From NCBI GenBank assembly GCA_032718475.1, contig JAUCBJ010006704.1:4004-68003 (forward strand): 64,000 nucleotides of DNA, in the 5' to 3' direction. Made by a program: the position numbers and the translations under genes. A model generated the notes under the pieces. The model searched no databases and was not told the DNA's origin. It was given only the letters and a program-made list of their open reading frames with translations. Positions 13,901 through 28,900 of this stretch are shown one piece after another (position 1 is the first letter of the stretch; each line of letters opens with the position of its first letter). Source of the DNA: Nemertoderma westbladi. Its lineage: Eukaryota > Animalia > Xenacoelomorpha.

Positions 13901-16900
13901 CAGCTGTATCATTCCATTCTAAAGGTTTAAGTTTGTTTGTTTTATCTACAAAACGAGTCAAATCTGTTAAAGGAGTTGCAACTCGTGAAAATCCAGGAAT
14001 AAATCTGTGATAATAACCAGCCATACCAAGAAAACGTTTTAATGTCTTTATTGTGGTTGGTGTTTGAATTTTTTCTATAGCCTTAACGTTATCTAATAAT
14101 GGTTTTATTCCTGCACTGGAAATTTGAACACCAGCAAATTTTATTTCTGAACAGAAAAATTTGCATTTGTCTAGTCGTAATTTTAAACCAAGTTGTGTAA
14201 ATCTATTTAAAATTATTGACAAATGTTGAAGGTGTTCTTCTTCATTCTTGCTTGCTAAAGTGACATCATCTTGGTATCCCCAAGTAAACTCTAAACCATT
14301 GGTAGCGGAATCCATGAGTCTTTGGAATGTTGAACTAGCATTTCTCATTCCATATAACATCCGACGGAAAATAAACAAGCCAAATTGAGTTATTATTGCA
14401 GTCTTTTGTTGATCTTCGGGGTGAACTGGAATTTGTATGTATGCGGAGGCCAGATCGAGTTTTGAAAATACGGTACATCCTTGAAAACCACTCGGAAGGT
14501 CATTTAGGTTAGGCATTGGGTAACGATCAGGTACTGTTTGATTATTTAAGCCACGATAGTCACCACAAGCACGGAATGGTGTTGTTTTTGAGTTTGGTTG
14601 TTCTACTATATGCAAAGGGGATGCATAAGGTGATTCACCACGATAACATACACCAAGTTGTTCCCAATTTGTAAATATCTCTTTCGCTATTTGTAATTTA
14701 TTTCCATAAAGTCGGCGAGCTCTACAATAATATGGCGCGCCTTTTGTTATTATGTGATGTTCTACTTTGTGTTTGACAGGAGTGGATATGTTGATAGGAG
14801 TGAATAAGTCGGGATGGTTATTCAATAATCGCTTGACACTATCGCGATATTGATTATTTTCAATTGTAATATGACAAATATTAAAATCAATTGAATTAAT
14901 TGAGTTTGAATTAGTTGCTGGTAAAGTTTGTTTTATGCTATCTGTAGATTTAGGTAAATTATCTGAAGAAATCAGTCGATTATTCACGCAATCGATGAGT
15001 AATTTTTCTTTTTTTAAAAAATCTATACCTAATATTGGTTTTGAAACATCGGCTACATAAAAGTTCCATGTGAATACTTTGTTACCAATATCAGGCAGGG
15101 TAAACATTAAAGATTGTATTCCATTAACTTTAATAGGAGTTTGGTTTGCTGCCTTTAAATTTATTTGAGGAGTTGGGCGAGTTTCTAATGTTGTATAACT
15201 TAGAGGAAGTACACTACAATCACTCCCACTATCAGCTAAAAATTTGCCAATTGGATTTGCGGTCACAAAGATTGCATTTACTCCATCGCAGAAGGCCGCG
15301 GTCGCGGTGGAGTATTGGAGTTTCCCTGATGCTGAGGGAATCGGAAGTTATCTGGTTGTACCCAAGTGCAATTACCTGTACATTTTGTGGAATCCTTTCC
15401 AAATTTCCAGTGGTACCAGCACAATGAGGGAGTTTGGTTGAAAGAACGGGATTGGGAGTGTCCTCGGTAATATGATTCAGATCGATTTCTATACCCAGTG
15501 TCTCGGTCTGTGCTGGGATATCGTGAACGACCTCGTTCGTTTCTAGTTGATAGGGAATTAATAGCTTCAGATAGACGGTTGATTTCTTGAGTAATATTTT
15601 GGCACCAGGCCTGCATCTCAGGTGGAGGATTAATGTTACTCTCTGTTTTGGGTTTAACAGTTACTTCATTTACTAAACTATGACTTGGCATATTTTCAGT
15701 CATACGATCTGCTATTTCAGCAAGTTTATCTATGGGGACACCGTCTATAGAAATCAATACAAGCCGAATTGGTTCTGGTAGGATTTCTAAAAATCTTAAT
15801 TTAACAATATTTATGTTATTGGGTGCTAACCTCTGTAGATGTCGTAGTATTACGGATGGTTTCCGATCTCCAAGGCTTTGATCCTCTAGAAGTTTTTTCA
15901 AACGACGTTCTTCACTGTCGTCATAATATTTAATCAGACTTTCCTTAATTATATTAAAGCTGTCAGTAACCTGTGCCCCACTGTCAAATATGACATTAGT
16001 AGGAAGCACACGAAGTAAACTATTTTTCTTTATTGGTTCCGGGGTTTTATCGAGAATTTGCTCTATCTGGTCAAACCAAACATGGGTGTCTTTTTCATAA
16101 AATTGTGGCAACTTGACCGTTTGAGTTTGGTGAGTCGAGAATCCTGCATCAGTACTGCTACTGGATAAATTTGGGACATTGCGTAAGCTTTGCTGAACTT
16201 GATTAAAGGCTAGCTGTACAAACGTTTTATTTTGTTGCTTAAGTTCGTCTAGGATTTCTCCTTTAGTTTGTGGGGGTTGATATGATACATCTTCACTGTG
16301 TAGAATTTCAAGCACAGCTTCCAGTATAGACTTTGGCGCATTGTATATATCTGTAGACATTTCGGCTATTCTTTTATTGACTTACTGTATACTGACATGA
16401 CATACCTGGAGTTTAAATAGGCCCAATACGAATTAATCGCACTACCGGGCCAGCGTTCATCCTGCCGGTAATTTTGTGCTGGTACCAGGTTCGTTCTGAG
16501 TTCAGTTCAACATTCTGACATTCCAGCATTTACACCTAGGCCTAGTCGCTAGTCGTTGGCGTTGATGTTTAATATCTCGTCCGGGTCACCATTATTAGAT
16601 CCAATAATAGAAAATACTAATATCAGTTCACAAAATAATAATAATGATTTTATAATTTGTTAATATATATATATATATAAACTTGTCAGTCTACTGACTT
16701 ACAATCATTGAAAGCATACTACTAAGCTTCAGTAATTAACTTATTCAGTACTGCAGTAGGTGTTAAGCACCAAATCTTAAAAACTAAAAAAAACATTCTC
16801 TTTACCGGTATCAAACTGTCCATACACTAATGTGTATCTCTTACACTCTGCCTACCAATAATACTTGAATATAGTAGTGGCTTTATTGTACTTTAAGAAG

Positions 16901-19900
16901 TACGGACATTTCATCTTACTGTAATCACGTATTTATAATATGATACGGACAGTAAGGAAAGAGAAAAAATTATTTCTCGCCGTCGCACTGAATATATATT
17001 ATAAGTAATTACGTACGTAATAAACACTAATATATTGCACTAATCTACTAAATAATCACTAAAATAACATTATACTAAATAAAATTAAAGAAAACGATTA
17101 TAATAAAATTACATAATAATACATACATAAATATAAAATAAAAACAAATATAAAATGATATAGTCACACACCCACTCCATATGTTATTACGTTATAGAGT
17201 CCCTAGATATTTGTCGGATTAGGGAAGTGGTCGTAGGAAGAGTATCTTGCCTTCCATAGTTTCCGGACAGTTTTCGGTCTCTTTCCAGTAAACATAAACG
17301 ACCAGCTGGGCGATTGAGTTGTTGTGTTACTTTCTCCGCTCCCTTGGCCTGTCTAATCTCCGCCGGGGTAAGATGAGGAGGCCATTCTTCTTCTTCTTTA
17401 CTTAAGAAGTCGGATCCACCTAACCAGCCTGGAGTATCTATTAGTTCTTGAGGAGTTGCTCCTCTGGAAACGATGTCGGCTGGATTAATCGTCCCAAGGC
17501 AATGTCTCCATTGATCTATATTGGAGTTAATATCGTCATTATCTGAGGAGTATGGTGTTCCCTCAGTTGGATCGTCTACATCACTGCTCTCCACTTCCCA
17601 TTCCTTTACTTGGTATACCTGTTGTTGAGGTAATCTCTCTTTGAGAGTTCTACGGGAAGGGCCAGTGAAGTACCAACCTACTCTAGTTCTTACCGCATAG
17701 GTTTGCAGTGGCTGCGGTTGAGCAGGCCGTTTCTCCAATGTCTCGAGCGCCTCATGCGCGTTTTGGCCAATGAGTATTTGCACTCCAGGATAATCTGTCT
17801 GGAATCGAGGTATCTTAAGATGTTGGATGCTCTCATCCTCGTCCCAATTATAAAGGTCTGCTTGGGTAGTAGCGAAGTTCTTTATAGCCACCATTTTTAC
17901 TGACCTTATACTTTGTGCTCCTAATTTATCCTGGGGGGTGGACAACGCACCTACATAGTAATCTGCCGTTATGGTAGATTTCCAAACCTGCATAATTCCG
18001 GACATATTCAACTTAGTTTGGAATTTGGGTTGTCCAGCAAAGATATCTTCGGCTAGTTCTTGATCGATGAATGTTCCTGTGCTGCCAGAGTCAAGGAGGG
18101 CTTTCACTATGTAACTTTTGTTGGGACCGTGAACTCTTACTTGCACTACAGGAAATTCTCTGATTCCTACGTTGGAAGTTGGAGCTTTCCAAGATGGTTG
18201 TTTGGCATAAGTAGTTGGGGGAAACTCATTGTTGGTGTCCTTTTCATAAGTAAGTGCTCGATACACTGAGGTATTTATTAGGTAACAGGATTCGATGGCG
18301 TCGGAGAATTCGTCAGTATAGAATCCTTCCATCTCAGACTCTTGATCAGTGTCATTTACATCACTGAATTGGACATGTAGTTCGGGCTCACTTACCTGAC
18401 TCGGGTTGTTTCGTTCGAACTCACTGTGTAACAAGATGTGATGTTTCGCGCCACACTTTGCACACTTTACGTCGGAGTAACAGGTTCGCCGTTGGTGTCC
18501 TGATCTGAGGCAATTATAGCATAACCGCTTATTCCACAGGACTGTACGTCTGTCTACAAGGGATTTCTTTAGAAATTCAGCACACGCACTCAAATGGTGG
18601 GGCCCGTCGCACAGCGCACATTTTGGTTTGATGTTACTCACCTTACCTTGGGTAACGTTATGCACTCTCGTTCTTTCTTCGGGCTTTCTTCCGTGAATTC
18701 TCTTAGGAGACGTAGGAGGAGTTGTTGTTACCTGTTCTCTCCTGTCACTGGTTCGAGACTTGTATTTACTTACGTCTTTATAGGTCTTGTTGTCATAGTA
18801 AGATTTTGCTGTGTCTTTCCCGCTGTCCTCTTCTTGAGAAGCTTGGCTTTCGCCGTCGTCAGTATAACACACTGGTATTATCCTTCTCCTAGAAACGGGT
18901 TTCTCACTTACCTTATTTTCTGATGTTTTCTCTCTGGACTGCTTTATGAGTTGTAATTTTACTTCACTATCTAAGAAGGACATGAGATCAGCCATGGTAG
19001 GGCTTCGTCGTTGTTGTTCATTCATGTACAACACTTTCTTGTCCCAGCGCGTACATACTCCACCCTTTGGTAAAGTAGAGACTACGGCTCCAATAACCAT
19101 GGAACTCTGATATTCATGAGACTTACCTAACCAGTCCAATTGTCTACAGATTTCCTGAATTTCATCGGAAAACTCTATAATCCCGCTACTAAGGAAGTGT
19201 CGGGGGGCTACTAATTTTGCATACAAATACTTAGCTATGTTATCCTTGTTACCATACCTGATGTTTAATGTATCCCATACTTGTCGTAATCCTTCTGGAT
19301 GTCCAATAAACTTTAACGCCATTAACCTGGGAGGTCCTTCCAAGCACTTGATGAGGAACCTAAGTTTCTCTCTGTTAGATAGCACAGAGTTCTGTATGCT
19401 GTCTTTGTAATATTCATTGAAAGGTAACCATTTCATCTCATCTCCATTGAATTTGACGATCTCTCCCACTTTGACCGCTTGGCGGGCTTCTGTTCTAGCC
19501 ATCTGACGCGTAAAGCTTTCTTGGGCCATCGTGTTATTCAATATGGAATTATCGGTGTATAAATTTCTCGGATCATTATCAGGTCTATAGGGAATATCAT
19601 TAACAACAGGTCTATAATCACCCTTAATAGGGTTTGCTATAGGAGTTTCTACTTCACTAGCAGTATAGATGCGTGTAGGCTCCACACCTTGCGCATGTAA
19701 TACTTCAGACCTAACAGGTTGACACAATGTTACAGGGGGTATTGGTATGCCCTTTTGTATATTGACTAATTTGTCGCGTTCCAGCGCGATACTTTGCTGC
19801 ACTTCTTGCAACTCTGCCCTACCTTCCCTTACTGTTCCCTTAAGTTGGTGGACAGTCTCCTGCATCTGTCCGAGCAGGAGGTTCATCCCCCGCCGTCCCT

Positions 19901-22900
19901 CCTCTACCCACTCAACCGCCGAAGCGGGAGTCGCCAACATTGTAGCGGGCTGACGCGGGACGACGGGAGACAAATCTTTGATTCCTCTGTCAATGCTCAG
20001 GACAGGGGTATTCGCATGGACTGTTCCATCGGGTACAGGTAGTGTAGTACTGTGTAAAGGGAATTTAGAGTTAAGCTCTGGAAGTGCAGGGGTCTCTAGC
20101 ACAGGAGTGACTTTGGGAACGACAGGCCTAATTACTTCAGGCTCATCGACTATAGTAGGGAGTCTTTTGACCTGAATAAATTGTTCTATGGGTTCTACAC
20201 TACCTAAGTCTGTGCTAGTTAGTTGTCTTTTAACAGCTGGGGGCAAATCAGGCAATTTGTGACGGTAAGATGTTTTTCTACGCCTGCTTAGACGAGATCT
20301 ATTTCCTCCGCCTTCAGGATCGGTGGTTTCGCTTTCCTCCGATGAAGTATAGCCCTGGCATTTGGGAGTAGATTTTCTCATTATCTGCATGTGACTAGCA
20401 GTTAACTGTTTATTTATGTTGTCTTGCGTCTCTTGCAGCTTCTCCAACTCCAGTTGGGTAGTCTGCTCAGACGCTCTCCGTTCTGCTTCTGCTACTGCCT
20501 TTTTCGCCCTTGCTTCTGCTTCTGCCATGGCCGCCTTTGCTTCTGCCGCCGCTGCCTTTGCTTCTGCCGCCGCTGCCTTTCTTTGTATTTCTACTTCTGC
20601 CCTTGCTGCTGCCTCCTTTCTTTCTGCTTCGGCTTCTGCCATGGCCGCCGCCCTTTGTTCCTCTATCCGTCTTTTCTTTACTTGTTCTTCTTGGACTCTA
20701 ACGAGGCGGAGTTTTTCATCAAATTTAGCTTGGTTTGCAGCTAACATTTCCGCATCGATTGCGTCCAACACAAGCTTGGTTCCTTCACTATTAGGGCGAA
20801 GTCCAGACAGTCGTCTCCTCAACTCTTCGTCTCCTATGAATCGCTGATAGTCTGACAGATAGATGTCAATGGCGTCTCTAGTTCGCGGCTTTTCTGCTGA
20901 TGTTAATTCGCTTTCCACTTCGCTTTCCACTTGAGAAGAAGTGGCGTCGGTTGATTCTTCATAGGTTGGCCGTTCATCATAAACCGTATCCACCATCTTC
21001 GCTCCGCGTTCGGGTGTCCGCTCAGCAGTATCCAAACTACTGGAGCTATCGGGCCGCTGAGAACTAGGTTCTAGGCTAGGATGTTGCTGCTGTTTGACAG
21101 CTGCTTCTTGATCCCGCTTGACTTGGGCCCGAGTACCGATGATAGACCTACGTTGTTCTACTAGCCTAGGGTCTGACACTACTACTGTAGGGATGGCCTT
21201 TTTGACAATAGTAGGTGACTTAGACTTGGATCTAGGATGTTCTAGACTTGGATCTGGGTCATTGATCTTTTTAAGACACTGTCTAACAGTCATTCTAACA
21301 CTTTCTAAGAGACTATCCGACAGTGATTGGGTTGTGTCTGACATGTTTGTTTACACAATTGAATGCCTACGGCTATAAATACAGTTAAAGCAAGTCTAGC
21401 AATTCAGTATCACTGTTAGCCTAATAATTAATTACCGATACTGCTACTCAGTGTAGCGTGATATATATATAATATATTAGAATACCGGTATGCTTATAGT
21501 ATATATATAAGTATTATTACAGACTAGGTTTGTCACAGAGTACCGGTATATAAATTTAGCACAAATATATATAAATATATAATAGGCCTATCGTGAATAC
21601 CGGTATACAGCCTACACTTATAGTATATATAAGTATAATTATGAACTAGAATTAATTACAGAATACCGGTATGATTTCAGCTAAAATTTATAGAAATAAA
21701 TATAATAAGCCTATGGCAAATACCGGTATGTCAATTATTTTAGAATAATTGAATTTCTGAATATTTAGGGTTACTTGGTTACTTTAACTTACTTTGTTAC
21801 CGTTATTTAAGCAGTAGTCCAACTGATTTTGAGACCTAGTTGTTGTATGGCAGGCCTACTACTTATAAATCGTTTGAGTTGATTTATAATATATATATAC
21901 CCGTTAAAAGGGTTTTGTCTATATTTGAAATAAATGTTATTATTTCTGGGGGAGTCACTACACAGAAGCTGTGCGCTCTCAGTGAAGTGCTATTTATGGG
22001 ACACTAAAACAGATAATTCTAATTTACCTAAGTTACTTAATACTACAAATTACTTACGATATGGGTGAGATTAAATCTCTAATTAAACACAACAAAAATA
22101 TTACGTACGAAATTTTTAGGGTAATTTTACAGGAAGTCTACAAACCAGCCTAACAAAGGGTTAGAATTCTGGTTATTACAACGGACAGGGTACTACGGTA
22201 TTTGAAACAATAAGTAGTAGTAAATATATTGCACTGTCCAGATAGGAAAATACCACCGCCTGACGACCTATAACCGTATCGCTATAGGTACTACGTTATG
22301 TATCACGGAGTGTTCCTACCTAGAAGTTAATTACCGCGGACTACCAGATCCAGCGTGCCTATTAACCACTTTACAACACAAATTACCGCCTACACACTAA
22401 TTACTTCGGGAAGCACTGTACACTAAACCCTAAATTAGGTACAAGTAGTGGTACAACAAATAATCAGTAGTTAAATATACTTGAACAGTTAAAAGAACCA
22501 CGGCATCTGCTGGAGTGACCAGAGCACAAAGTCACCAGTCTTGTCCTACGCCAAGCAGCCCGTGTAGTACCGGGTTAATTTAACTATAACGGTATGTGTA
22601 ACAAACACAATTACTGTAGGAATAAACTTGGGGACATGAATGTTGCGAATAATCGCATAAACTCTGAATAATAAATATTACGCTACCCGTACAGAATACT
22701 CAAACAAAATACAAACCAAACGCTGGCAGACTACCACCAAGCCTAAATAAACTACTGTATGTGCAGATTCCAAAACGGTTAGTTAGTATGCGTTCTAACA
22801 CGGTAGTACGACTTATTCTTTAAGAGGGGATTGACCTTACAGTTATGACTGCCCCAACTTACTAACTGGCACTTTATCAGACAAACTCTACACAAGCAGC

Positions 22901-25900
22901 AATCTCTTCAGACCTAATAATAGCTAGACAACAATCCAGCCTACAAAATATCTGAGTAATAACTATTACGGTATCTGAACAGACTACACAAACAAACACA
23001 AGCCAAAACGCTGGCAGAATACTGTCAAGCCTAAATAAACTACAGTATGTGCAGATTCCAAAATTGTTAGTTAGTATGCGTTCTAACACGGTAGTACGAC
23101 TTATTCTTTAAGAGGGGATTAACCTTACAGCAATGGCTGCCCCAACTTACTAACTGGCACTCTATCGGACAAACTCTACACACGCCGTAATCTCTCCAAA
23201 CTCAACAACAATCAGACAGCAGCTAAGCCTACAATTATCTGAACAATCTGAGCAGACTTACACGTCTTCAGCTCAATATTAACTTACTAGTAAATAAATC
23301 CGACAGAAATGAGTAAAATCTCAATAAAAAACCAGGGCTGCAGTCCCTGATTAAATACTAAGACCTACCGGTATACAATAATCAAAATCGAATAATACTA
23401 ATGTACTTATACTGGAAGTACCGGTTAGGACAGTTGGGCCTACGGACCTACAGAAGTACCGGTTCTGGCAGTTGGACCTACGGACCTACGGCAGTACCGG
23501 TTCTGGCAGTTGGGCCTACTGACCTACAGAAGTACCGGTTCAGGTTTACCGGTTGACCGGTACTTTCAACTTTATTGCTTACTGCAATAAAGTCAATAAC
23601 TGTTATTGTACGCGCTTTTGAAGACCTTTAGCAGTTTAACCTGCCAAAATTTATATGTCTTTTGATTCATAAATATACTTTAGAAGATGACAAATATTTA
23701 ATACCAATAAACACAACATTAGCAGAAGCCAGCCTAGTGCACGTCCATTCACCCGCTGGATAATCCCGGGAGACTGGATTCTGTCGGCTTAGATTATTAT
23801 TGCAGTGAAGCTTACGGTATTGTATTATTCGATTGATCGTTAATAATTAATTTCTGACTAATATTATTCACTTTCGGGAAATATTAACCGTTCCTTTAGG
23901 ACGTGGCGCTCTATCTAAGTAAACAGAGCTATGACTTATACTAATCACAACGGTAAGTCGGTAAGGCTTATGATTCACGTATGAGGCGCATTCTTTAGGA
24001 AATGCTTAGTTATCAGCCACAATCATGCACACTATCAGTAACACACAATACTGCTCACTAATTTGCCGACCGTCAATGAATTTTATCATATATAAAGAGA
24101 ATAGCAACGGACCAATGTAGTGCTTATCAAATAGCATTAAATTCAATACACACCACAATAATATAAGTCGCAATCGCTATAAATATAACCCGCCTCTCTA
24201 ACCTGTAGTGTATCAAGAAAATTGGGAAATTTGGGTTCTTTATAAATGTTCTCCAGATAATATTCAATCAACTGATATAAAATATGACAACAGTAAAAAC
24301 ATTAAGACGGTAGGTTAAGATATGATATGAAACAACAGTGATATGCACTGATGTGGACCGATATCAGTTATACGCTCTATAATCTTAAGCCTACTAATGT
24401 TTCTTCTAAAGTATGAAACGAATTAACTCTAGAGCCGGTGTTTCTGGCTTAGACAGCAATAACAACAAAGTATCAAGTAAAAACAGTAAGACTGAACACT
24501 CTCCTTATGATCGGCCGAAAAGCTACACGTCGACAGGAAAAATCGCTCTGATTGGCTCAAGCCAAACAAAGAACCATGCGTCCAATGGCTGTTTCCATGT
24601 CAGCAACCAGCTGTTAGATGTCGTAATATGAATCATCACGGCTAAGCTGTGAAAGGTATTTGGTGCATTGTAGGTTTTTTGCCTTACCATGTCCGCCAAA
24701 ACACGTATATAGCAGAATGACTTTTATGTCCGTTAAAACACCTATAACGGTACCTTGCGGGCGAGGGGAATATATATACAATTAGAGAACCTTTTTAGAG
24801 TATTCCAGCGCCTGCGGGGAAACTGGATTGCGAAGCAAAGGGGCCAGTTATATCCCACAGAAGCTTTTACAGTCTGTATAATTTCAATTTGAATTAGTTA
24901 TTCTGTGCCGTAAAATTATTTCTTGGAACAAATACGTCAATAAACATATATATATATAGGAGAATGAAAGATTAAAGGTTGAGATTGATTGATTGGATTG
25001 CTCCTATTTTTACGATTTAATAACGTTTGTGAGAATATTATATTAATTTAATTATATTATATTATTATAGAATGTATTGTATAGAATGTATATAGAATAT
25101 ATATATGTATAGAATATAATATATGTATAGAATGTATATCGAATGTACATAGAATGTATACAACGTATTTATTATTAATGTATCAAAAATTACTCTAGAG
25201 TAGGTAATTTACTATACTTGAGGACCGGAGACTGGAGACATACAAATTGTAAGTATGTATTAATTAATTTTAACGATATCAAATTGGTGAACCTATTATT
25301 TGTTCTAGAATATTTTGATGGGGAGTGGAATATTGGTTCAATAATATTAGTATATTTTATTAGTTCATAGAATAATCTTATATACTCGGCACTGCATGAC
25401 AGCTGCGCAGTGAGATGCTAAGCAGGCTTAACAAATAAATATATCCACCACATGCATGTAGTCTACAATTGGCTTGCAGTGATGCAGCCTGCATTAAGAA
25501 TGCTATGCCGGCTTGTCGAGAAAGTTGCGCCTCCACACCTGACTTTCGCGATATTATCCGCATGTTCAAGGCCAGTTTCCTTTAAGAGGCGTCTTAAGTC
25601 ATGGGCAGTAATGAACCTTGCCTATTTACACCATGGGGCTGCCAAAACACAATATTGAGCAAAGCCTGGTCTTTGCGGCTAAAACAATGTCCTGCCAATC
25701 GGAGGTGGTTATGTTCAAGTTTCAAGCTTGGGGGGGGGGGGGATGAGTCAGAGTCATTTCCAATATTATATGATCTCTGGTTATCAGTAAACTACTTGAC
25801 AAAAGATAATTTTATTATATGAATGATACTCACCATCCACATTCCACTTTTATACTGGACACAGCGTTCTCAGTTTCAGTTCTGTCAAAAGTTCCCACAT

Positions 25901-28900
25901 CTGTGTCGCCATTTACAGTCATTTTGTATCCCTGGAAGTTTCGATCTGTGTAGAGAGTTATTTTTGGACTCGGGCAATCGCCAGACACTTCCTTCTCCAG
26001 AAGTTTTATTGAAGAAACAGCATCCCTACCCGGTGGGTAGAAAGCGTCCCAATATGGGTAGTACCCAGGGTTGAGTATTATTCTAGGTCCATTGAATGTG
26101 TCCCTGAATAAAAAGAAAATTTTTGAGAAATCTAATTATTTAAATATTAAATTCCTTGGGGTAGGTTAAAACCCTAAAACTAAAATATTTAAAATTGAGA
26201 AATCACACTTTTTCTATAACATCGTAAGTAAAGAGATCTCTAGTAACACATTGCTCGTGGTTGATTCCCACTTTACTTTTGCTAACTTGGAACATGGCGT
26301 ATTATTTTGCTTTCTTAGTAGAGCTTTTTCGATTTTCGAATTCGAGATTCCGTGTACGTACCGTACATCCCAGAAAACTCTTAAGATCACAAAAACAAGT
26401 TGATTTGGTAGTGATTTTTCATTATCAAACTTGCACTACTCGTTTCTTTCGTGGCCCACGGTGGTTCATACACCAAATTTATGTTATATTTTAATTCCAT
26501 AATCTTGATCAACATCCAATAAAACTAAATATACCACAAATTTGTTTATTTTAGAATGCTACATAAATTTTTGCACAAAATATATTAGTGAAGTTTAAAA
26601 GAATGATACAAAAACAATAATATAAATTCCCGTTTGCGCTGTTGAATATCTCATACAATTTTAAGAAGATTCACGAAATCTCGATGTTTACAACAAATCT
26701 GACGCATCAAACATCAACATCAAGATACTCAAGATACATATGAAATAAAAACAATTTCTAAAATGACACCCACTCCCTTTTTTTATGGAATAATGTTACA
26801 CCTGCCATTTAGTAGTACTAATAGTTATTGTTCTATTGTTGACACTTAATAATCGCTTTTGCATCCACTGTAGTTTACTTGTCAAGTTGTAGTATTTAGT
26901 TATTTTACCTAAACAATTCCCATTTTCCGGTACGAATGATTAAAGAATCTAGATTATTTTCCATTTTCCATGGACGCAAATCGCTGATCGAGTTTTGAGA
27001 AGAAACCCCCTCATCTGCGAAGTAAACACCTTGAAACATAATCAATCCACGCTGAAAAATAAAAAAAAAATATTTAATTTAACTTAATACCTTTAAACCT
27101 ATGCACAGTAGTTATTTTAATTTTATAATAGATAATAATTATTATATCTAACAAACTTTAAAAATATAATAGTTATAATTCGTTTTATTAAGTTAACAAT
27201 TGGGCTCTTTAGTGCATTAGAGAGCTAACCTAATGAGGAAGATGGCTGCCATCATTAGACAGACATTAGACAGTGTTTAGCCTACGGTAGTTGGCAGTGC
27301 AGTCTGCCAGTAGTCGTTGATAAGTTCGCAGATGGACGTCTGGTGTCTGGCTGTATGTCTACCTTGCCTATCAATGCAGCTTTGCATCGTGCAGCACAAT
27401 ACTTTTTGCCGGAGCTCTTGCACCTAATTTGACCAGAGATGGACCGGAGCTGGAGATGCCAACTACTGCCTGAGTCAGATCCTTACCGTAGGCAGATATA
27501 TGAAAATAATTGAGTCTCTGAGATTAATTCATTATTAGTAATTTCGGCTGTGGCAACGTCAGCACATCCTCAAAAACTAGAAATGTGAATTAATGATGTT
27601 ACGATGTGTAAGTCGACCTCAATGATCATCAATGGTACAATATGATTTATGCGTCACTCACTAACCTCTGTGATACGTGGCGCAACAGCGTCACCACTAG
27701 ATATTACATTATACATACAAATAACCATTAGTTGTAACACCTACCACCAGTTTAGTGGTGGTTTGAGCTCCTTTGCCCACCACCACCCCCATTCATATAA
27801 TCAAGAATAACATATGGAGCTTTGAATTCCGCATATATTATTATTATTAAACTAATAATCTTCAGACTGGCCCCCTATGTTGCCGGCCATCCACTAAACT
27901 TTATATCCATCTAATTTTACATTTAATACCCGATAAACAAATATTATCTCTCTGGGCATAGTTAGAACCATGACGTGAATCGGCTCAAAATGCTCGTCTT
28001 TTCGAATTGGGTAGTGTGATGATAATTGGCTTCGCCACATCTTGTTTCTTCCACTCCATCCAACCATACCAATGCCCACTGGTGTAGGGGCTTTTGTTGT
28101 CTTGTCAATTTCCCTGGGCCCTGGGAAAAATTTCTTGTTGTTTGACCACAAAATTGTTTAGGTGAAAACTTATATTGGTCACTGAAAAACAAGTTCCGTA
28201 GTAGACTAATGACAGCTATCCAATGATTTGACTAGATACCAAAAGCAAGAATTTCCTAGTAGTATATATGTATATAATACTCACATTAGTATAGGGGGGG
28301 GGGGGGGGGGGGGGAAACTGGACGCAATAAAAATTCATCCCTCTCCCGGGGAAATTCGACGCAAATAAATGATGCTTACTCTCCAAAATAAAACTGTAAC
28401 CTGTTCCATTGAGTTTAGTTTATTGTTTTGGTTAAAATAACGTGCCACTGTAACCTGCTCTTTTCCCTAAATTGAAATTTAACATTGAGGCGGGATATTA
28501 ATTCGCCAAGTCCTTACTGACTATATATTTAATATACATAACAAAATATTAAATTATCTTACAGGCGGTATAAAACGAATAAATGAAACTTTATCGTTTA
28601 GCTTGGTACTCCAACTTCCAGGTGAAGGATAAAGCCCAGGTTTCAGGATAACGTAATGACCACTCCTATGGTGTTCGTATAAAATCCAGGTACCACTGTA
28701 AATTCTGAAATATAAGATATGTAGGTGTACAAATTATAAAATTATTAATATGACATGCCAAACTGATATATATCTTGTATACCAAACTGCTAATATATAA
28801 TGTATCTTACTGCTACCAATATATAAATATATCGATACACACTACTACAACACAATCTGCAATAATTACTGGTTGATGTTCTTCACTTAGACTAGTCCAT

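Larger units (their letters stand above)
11577..16845 (-). mobile_element. Ty3/Gypsy LTR retrotransposon (Mag-like) with PWWP-bearing integrase, nested in the BEL element
   Basis: 253-bp LTRs 11577-11829 and 16593-16845 appear identical (TG..TA on the minus strand); 5-bp TSD CTCTG; PBS TGGTGACCCGGACG; G-rich PPT; domain order gag-PR-RT-RH-IN. Confidence 0.95.
4508..24871 (-). mobile_element. BEL/Pao LTR retrotransposon, non-autonomous, with nested insertions
   Basis: TG..CA LTRs at 4508-7678 (containing an extra 1.9 kb) and 23607-24871; 5-bp TSD GTCTG at 4503-4507 and 24872-24876; purine tract next to the 3' LTR (7679-7686); BEL-type gag-protease ORF. Confidence 0.93.

Noticed and set aside
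20416-20847. Ala-, Cys- and Leu/Pro-rich + strand ORFs
   Set aside because: Antisense shadows of the BEL Gag coiled-coil region.
27880-28250. Two short minus-strand ORFs as extra crystallin exons
   Set aside because: No crystallin motif, and exons 6 and 7 already join in phase without them.
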